Source: a virus (taxonomy: Duplodnaviria; Heunggongvirae; Uroviricota; Caudoviricetes). Taken from it: a DNA stretch of 31,147 nucleotides. The translations under genes were made by a program, and so were the position numbers. Under the pieces are notes generated by a model. That model was not told the DNA's origin. It worked only from the letters and a program-made list of their open reading frames with translations, and searched no databases. Location: IMG/VR virus record IMGVR_UViG_2671180864_000006. One strand, written 5' to 3'. Numbering within the stretch: position 1 is the stretch's first letter; the number at the start of each line of letters is the position of its first letter. Below are positions 26,900 to 31,147 of the stretch, one piece after another.

Positions 26900-27433
26900 A
26901 TGATGCACTTAAAAAACATTTCTGCTGGTAATCCTGAAACAAAAGAGCAATACCAGCTAACGAAACAATTTAACATCAAATGGCTTTATACAGAGGATGG
27001 GAAAAACTGGTATGAGGAACAAAAGAACTTTCAGCCTGATACGTTGAAAATGGTCTATGACCACAACGGCGTTATTATTTGTATTGAAAAGGATGTTTCA
27101 GCAATTAATCCGGAAGGCGCAAGCGTCGTTGAGGTTCCTGATATTACAGCAAATCGCCGGGCTGATATTTCAGGTAAATGGATGTTCAAAGATGGCGTAG
27201 TGATAAAGCGAACTTATACCGGGGAAGAGCAGAGGCAACAAGCGGAAAATGAAAAGCAAAGCCTGCTACAGCTCGTCAGGGATAAAACCCAGCTATGGGA
27301 CTCACAGCTACGGCTGGGCATTATTTCCGACGAGAATAAACAAAAATTAACCGAGTGGATGCTCTATGCGCAGAAGGTCGAATCCACAGACACCTCCAGC
27401 CTGCCAGTAACGTTTCCCGAACAACCAGAATGA
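26900..27433 (+). CDS. G: Tail fibre assembly protein, P2 gpG-like
   Basis: 177-aa ORF; close paralogue of the 29029-29562 ORF. Confidence 0.85.
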   Translation: MMHLKNISAGNPETKEQYQLTKQFNIKWLYTEDGKNWYEEQKNFQPDTLKMVYDHNGVIICIEKDVSAINPEGASVVEVPDITANRRADISGKWMFKDGVVIKRTYTGEEQRQQAENEKQSLLQLVRDKTQLWDSQLRLGIISDENKQKLTEWMLYAQKVESTDTSSLPVTFPEQPE

Positions 27434-27436
27434 AAC

Positions 27437-27463
27437 AAGGCCCGATATCGGGCCTTAATTTTT
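27437..27463 (+). terminator. Rho-independent terminator after G
   Basis: Palindrome AAGGCCCGATATCGGGCCTT followed by AATTTTT. Confidence 0.55.
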
Positions 27464-27629
27464 ACTCAGGCTTTTGTGGCCATTCTGGCTTTGCCGTATC
27501 CACACGGCTGACCAGAACACTGTAGCGTTCCCATGCTTCCAGTCGTGTGCGTTCCTCGTCCGTCGCCATATTCAGCCTGACAGCGCGTTCCAGCGGCTGG
27601 ATGACTGATTCAGCTTCGGTCGACGTCCG
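27456..27629 (-). pseudogene. 3' remnant of a convergent tail-fibre assembly gene
   Basis: Identical to the 3' end of the minus-strand assembly gene at 29591-29747; ends at a junction with invertase sequence at about 27629/27630. Confidence 0.7.
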
Positions 27630-28061
27630 CCTGTGCGCCCCCGTGCGCGTGCTGCCGCCAGTCCGGCCAGTGTACGTTCAACAATTAATTCACGTTCCAT
27701 TTCAGCCAGGGCACCCATCACGTGGAAGAAAAAACGCCCCAAGAGAAGATGTATCTATGCTGTCGGTCAGACTGCGAAAATTAATTCCTCGCTCCCGTAG
27801 TTCCCCGACGAGAGAAATCAGATGTTTCATGCTTCGCCCGAGGCGATCCAGTTTCCAGACAACCAGCGTGTCACCTTTTTGAAGGCGCTTTAAAGCACGT
27901 TTTAATCCAGGTCGGCCTGTCCTTGTTCCGCTTAATTTATCTTCAAATATTTGTTCATATCCTGCACAAACAAGAGCGTTTCGTTGCAGGTCTGTATTCT
28001 GGTCATTTGTTGATACCCTTACATAGCCAATCAGCACGCTGAATCTCCCGTCCAAAAGCAC
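27630..28061 (-). pseudogene. Serine DNA invertase (Gin/Pin/Cin/Hin family), truncated and frameshifted
   Basis: N-terminal catalytic domain intact (GYVRVSTNDQNTDLQRNAL...) but the frame breaks after DSIDTSS at about 27715 (apparent 2-bp deletion); the alternate frame continues as [22 protein letters not shown]...GGRRPKL and then fuses to the assembly-gene remnant, so the C-terminal HTH domain is missing. Confidence 0.8.
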
Positions 28062-28091
28062 AAATCATGCCATGCAGGCCAGAAACCGCCA

Positions 28092-28117
28092 TTATCTAAA
28101 ACCTCGGTTTACGAGAA
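28092..28117. promoter_or_regulatory. Crossover site B (gix/pix-like)
   Basis: TTATCTAAAACCTCGGTTTACGAGAA, 23/26 identical to the Mu gixL sequence as recalled; same orientation and reading-frame relation as site A, but with TAA in the first half. Confidence 0.6.
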
Positions 28118-29026
28118 CTCGGCACAAGCGGGGAGAAAATACCGTTACTCAGTACAGCGAATACCTGGACTAATCGACAAACATTCAGCGGTGGCCTTTC
28201 TGGTGAACTATCCGGCAATGCTTCTACAGCTGCAAAATTAAAAACTGCCAGGAAAATAAGCAATGTGGCTTTTGATGGTTCCTCCGATATCACATTAAAA
28301 GCAAGTCATGTTGGTGCGTTTGCCTTAGGGAAAACAGGAAGCACCGTTGCGAATGATAAAGCAGTTGGATGGAACTGGAGTAGCGGAGCCTATAACGCAA
28401 CTATTAGTGGTGCATCAACGTTAATTATTCATTTTTATATGGGAGAAGGAAGTTGTCCTGCAGCTCAGTTTCGGATTAATTATAAAAATGGCGGTATTTT
28501 TTATCGTTCAGCCCGTGATGGTTATGGTTTTGAAGCCGACTGGTCCGAATTTTACACCACCAGAAAACCTTCAGCAGGAGATGTTGGTGCACTGCCGTTA
28601 TCTGGTGGTCAACTGAATGGTGCACTGGGTATCGGAACATCCAGTGCTCTTGGCGGTAATTCGATTGTATTGGGTGATAATGACACGGGCTTTAAACAAA
28701 AAGGCGATGGTAATCTGGATGTTTATGCTAATAACGTCCATGTTATGCGCTTTGTCTCCGGAAGCATTCAAAGTAATAAAACCATAAATATTACGGGACG
28801 TGTTAATCCCTCGGATTACGGTAACTTTGATTCCCGCTATGTGAGAGATGTCAGACTTGGCACACGAGTTGTTTAGACCATGAAGAAAGGCGTGATGTAT
28901 GAAAAATCAGGCCATGTAATCACGGGGCTTGGTATTATCGGTGAAGTCGATGGTGATGATCCGGCAGTATTCAGACCAATACAAAAGTTAATTAACGGAA
29001 CATGGTATAACGTATCGCAGGTATAA
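28100..29026 (+). pseudogene. Promoterless alternative tail-fibre C-terminal cassette with an in-frame amber codon
   Basis: Frame is open from site B (NLGLRELG...) and related to the H C-terminus (KAVGWNW, GIFYRSARDGYGFEADWSEFYTT); TAG at 28874-28876 interrupts it, and the same frame continues to a conserved fibre C-terminus ([11 protein letters not shown]) ending at 29026. Confidence 0.7.
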
Positions 29027-29028
29027 TC

Positions 29029-29562
29029 ATGCAGCATTTAAAAAACATTGTCGCAGGTAATCCAAAAACCGTTGAACAATACCAGCTAACAAAGAATTTT
29101 GATGTTATCTGGTTATGGTCCGAAGATGGAAAAAATTGGCATGAGGAATTAAAAAACTTTCAGGAGGATACAATAAAACTGGCTTACACAGTTGAGGGAA
29201 TAATTATTGCTATAGACAAGGATGTATCAGCAATTAATCCAGAAGGTTTAAGTGTCGTTGAGTTGCCTGATATTACAGCAAATCGCCGGGCTGATATTTC
29301 GGGCAACTGGATGTTCAAAGATGGTGCGGTGATAAAGCGAACTTATACCGAGGAAGAGCAAAGGCAACAAGCGGAAAATGAAAAGCAGAGCCTGCTGCAG
29401 CTCGTCAGGGATAAAACCCAGCTGTGGGACTCTCAGCTACAGCTGGGCATCATTTCCGATGAGAATAAACAAAAATTAACCGAGTGGATGCTCTATGCGC
29501 AGAAGGTCGAATCCACAGACACCTCCAGCCTGCCAGTAACGTTTCCCGAACAACCAGAATGA
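29029..29562 (+). CDS. Tail fibre assembly protein for the second cassette
   Basis: 177-aa paralogue of gpG; C-terminal third is near-identical at the DNA level to G. Confidence 0.8.
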   Translation: MQHLKNIVAGNPKTVEQYQLTKNFDVIWLWSEDGKNWHEELKNFQEDTIKLAYTVEGIIIAIDKDVSAINPEGLSVVELPDITANRRADISGNWMFKDGAVIKRTYTEEEQRQQAENEKQSLLQLVRDKTQLWDSQLQLGIISDENKQKLTEWMLYAQKVESTDTSSLPVTFPEQPE

Positions 29563-29565
29563 AAC

Positions 29566-29592
29566 AAGGCCCGATATCGGGCCTTAATTTTT
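29566..29592 (+). terminator. Hairpin terminator between convergent assembly genes
   Basis: Same AAGGCCCGATATCGGGCCTT palindrome plus AATTTTT as at 27437-27463. Confidence 0.5.
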
Positions 29593-30118
29593 ACTCAGGC
29601 TTTTGTGGCCATTCTGGCTTTGCCGTATCCACACGGCTGACCAGAACACTGTAGCGTTCCCATGCTTCCAGTCGTGTGCGTTCCTCGTCCGTCGCCATAT
29701 TCAGCCTGACAGCGCGTTCCAGCGGCTGGATGACTGATTCAGCTTCGGAAAGCAATGCGGCCTTTTGTGATTCGGCCTGTTGTTGCTGTTCGTCAGCCGT
29801 ATAAATCCGTTTAACCACAGCTCCGTCCTTAAACATCCACTTACCGGAATCATCAGCACGACGATTAGCTGTAATATCAGGAACCTCAACGACGCTATAA
29901 CCTTCAGGGTTAAGCGTGGAGGCATCTTTGGTGATGGCGACAATAATATTATTTGCATCGTAAACAATCTTTATTGTGTCTGGCTGAAAGTTCTTCACTT
30001 CCTCATACCAGTTTTTTCCGTCCTCAGAGTAAAGCCAGATGACTCCGTGCTTCTTTGTTAACTCATACTGCTCCACTGTTTTAGCATTACCTGCTTTTAT
30101 GTTCTTTAAGTGCATCAT
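29591..30118 (-). CDS. Tail fibre assembly protein for the third (inverted) cassette
   Basis: Minus-strand gpG/Tfa homologue starting [11 protein letters not shown]; the track's 11-aa N-terminal extension is probably spurious. Confidence 0.75.
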   Translation of the reverse strand: MMHLKNIKAGNAKTVEQYELTKKHGVIWLYSEDGKNWYEEVKNFQPDTIKIVYDANNIIVAITKDASTLNPEGYSVVEVPDITANRRADDSGKWMFKDGAVVKRIYTADEQQQQAESQKAALLSEAESVIQPLERAVRLNMATDEERTRLEAWERYSVLVSRVDTAKPEWPQKPE

Positions 30119-30119
30119 A

Positions 30120-31147
30120 TTAAATACTCGCCACATTATACCAAGTGCCATTTATATACTTTTGCACTGGCCTGTAATGAACGCCTGCAATATTATCGGC
30201 AGAGTTTTTTCCGGTATCCTGTACGTTAATCCCCGTCAGTACATAGCCTGACGGGCACTGAAAATTCCATGTTTGCCAGTTGTTCACTCCATAATATTGC
30301 TGTGAACCAAGTCGAACATCTTTCACATATCTGGAATCAAAATTGCCATAGTTGCCGGGAATAACTTGCGAGCCGCAAAGCCAGTTCCCGTTATTATCCA
30401 TGTACGCCTGACCATCGGTGCCATTGGCTGTCCTTGAGTTATTAATCATGTAGATGCCAAATTGCTTATTTCCCAGACCGCCAATCATAAATTTGCGGTC
30501 GGCATGGTCCTGACGGAGCAAAGCCTGAGCACCATCAGTGGATACCGCATTACGTCCCAAAATAACATTCTGGTCACGCATATGAATCCACATGCCGGTA
30601 CTACTGTTAATTGCAAAACGGTTTGCAAATATATCCCCTGTAACATCAAGACCATGCCCCATGCTTATCCGGCCAGTTCTGAGATTAAGCGTAAAGGGGC
30701 GTAGTGGCCCTATATTACCATTTTCCCCTTCATTCTCTCGTGTAGGGATGATATGCAGGCATTCTTCAGAACGACGAAAAATGGCACCAAAAGATGAATT
30801 AAATATCCTCAGTGCATTGACTGTCGATATTTTCACTTCACTGCTGAAAAGGGCTTCAACAAGAACAGACAAAGCATTCCATTTAAGATTCATCAGGTCT
30901 TTAGGCCGGGTGCCAATGATGCGGTGTCTCCATTTGAAATATTCATTGCCGTTGTTGCCTGTTTCAAACCACATGTAGGAATCGGTGTCTGCATCCGAAT
31001 TATTTTTAAACCCAATCTTTGCCCAGTCAGTATTTCGAATCCAGGCAAGGATTGAGTCGTTTTCAAAAGTAAGTCCACCGGACAACGTATCGCCATTTTT
31101 TTGCACGGCGTTACCAGCCTTGTTTACCGTTTCCTGTAAACCGAGGT
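30120..31147 (-). CDS. Third alternative tail-fibre C-terminal cassette, inverted orientation (partial; open frame leaves the window)
   Basis: Minus-strand ORF ending in a conserved fibre C-terminus ([11 protein letters not shown]); the frame stays open upstream through site C, encoding ...[21 protein letters not shown], the same junction peptide as in H. Confidence 0.75.
   Translation of the reverse strand, partial: LGLQETVNKAGNAVQKNGDTLSGGLTFENDSILAWIRNTDWAKIGFKNNSDADTDSYMWFETGNNGNEYFKWRHRIIGTRPKDLMNLKWNALSVLVEALFSSEVKISTVNALRIFNSSFGAIFRRSEECLHIIPTRENEGENGNIGPLRPFTLNLRTGRISMGHGLDVTGDIFANRFAINSSTGMWIHMRDQNVILGRNAVSTDGAQALLRQDHADRKFMIGGLGNKQFGIYMINNSRTANGTDGQAYMDNNGNWLCGSQVIPGNYGNFDSRYVKDVRLGSQQYYGVNNWQTWNFQCPSGYVLTGINVQDTGKNSADNIAGVHYRPVQKYINGTWYNVASI
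31131..31147. promoter_or_regulatory. Crossover site C (gix/pix-like), inverted relative to A and B, cut by the window end
   Basis: TTCCTGTAAACCGAGGT is the reverse complement of the right half of sites A and B. Confidence 0.55.

Larger units (their letters stand above)
3001..31147. mobile_element. P2-like temperate prophage, left arm (continues beyond window end)
   Basis: Colinear P2 gene order from int through tail fibre H/G; the left boundary is approximate because the attL core cannot be fixed without attR. Confidence 0.85.

Noticed and set aside
28265-28876. 203-aa ORF as an independent gene starting at GTG 28265
   Set aside because: The frame is open upstream to crossover site B and lacks a convincing RBS; better explained as a promoterless C-terminal cassette completed only by inversion.
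1-31147. CRISPR arrays, tRNA or rRNA genes, IS elements
   Set aside because: No regularly spaced short repeats with unique spacers, no tRNA-like cloverleaf, and no transposase or terminal inverted repeats were seen by eye; the only serine recombinase is the fibre invertase remnant.

Overview
The window opens with a conserved enterobacterial chromosomal block on the minus strand (nlpC, btuD, btuE, btuC, 32-2917) and then runs into the left arm of a P2-like temperate prophage that continues past the window end. The prophage reads in canonical P2 order: integrase, C-type repressor, a face-to-face switch region, a cox-position gene, a string of small early ORFs, the rolling-circle replication initiator gene A, an accessory locus, the cos region, portal Q and terminase P (minus strand), then O-N-M-L-X, a lysis cassette, R-S-V-W-J-I and tail fibre H with its assembly protein G. 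Three parts are not explained by the P2 backbone and are the most interesting. (1) An AT-rich two-gene cassette (3110-4148) is translationally coupled to the 3' end of int, between int and the host junction. (2) The accessory locus between gene A and cos (10823-13119), where P2 carries tin/old, instead holds a ParM/ParR-like actin-type partition pair with paired palindromic repeats upstream, plus three small uncharacterised ORFs. (3) Downstream of G lies a decayed multi-site tail-fibre inversion system: three gix/pix-like crossover sites, a truncated and frameshifted serine invertase, two extra variable fibre C-terminal cassettes (one with an in-frame amber) and cognate assembly genes. No rRNA, tRNA or CRISPR array was seen. 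All calls are from reading the sequence and recalled protein families; no database search was run.
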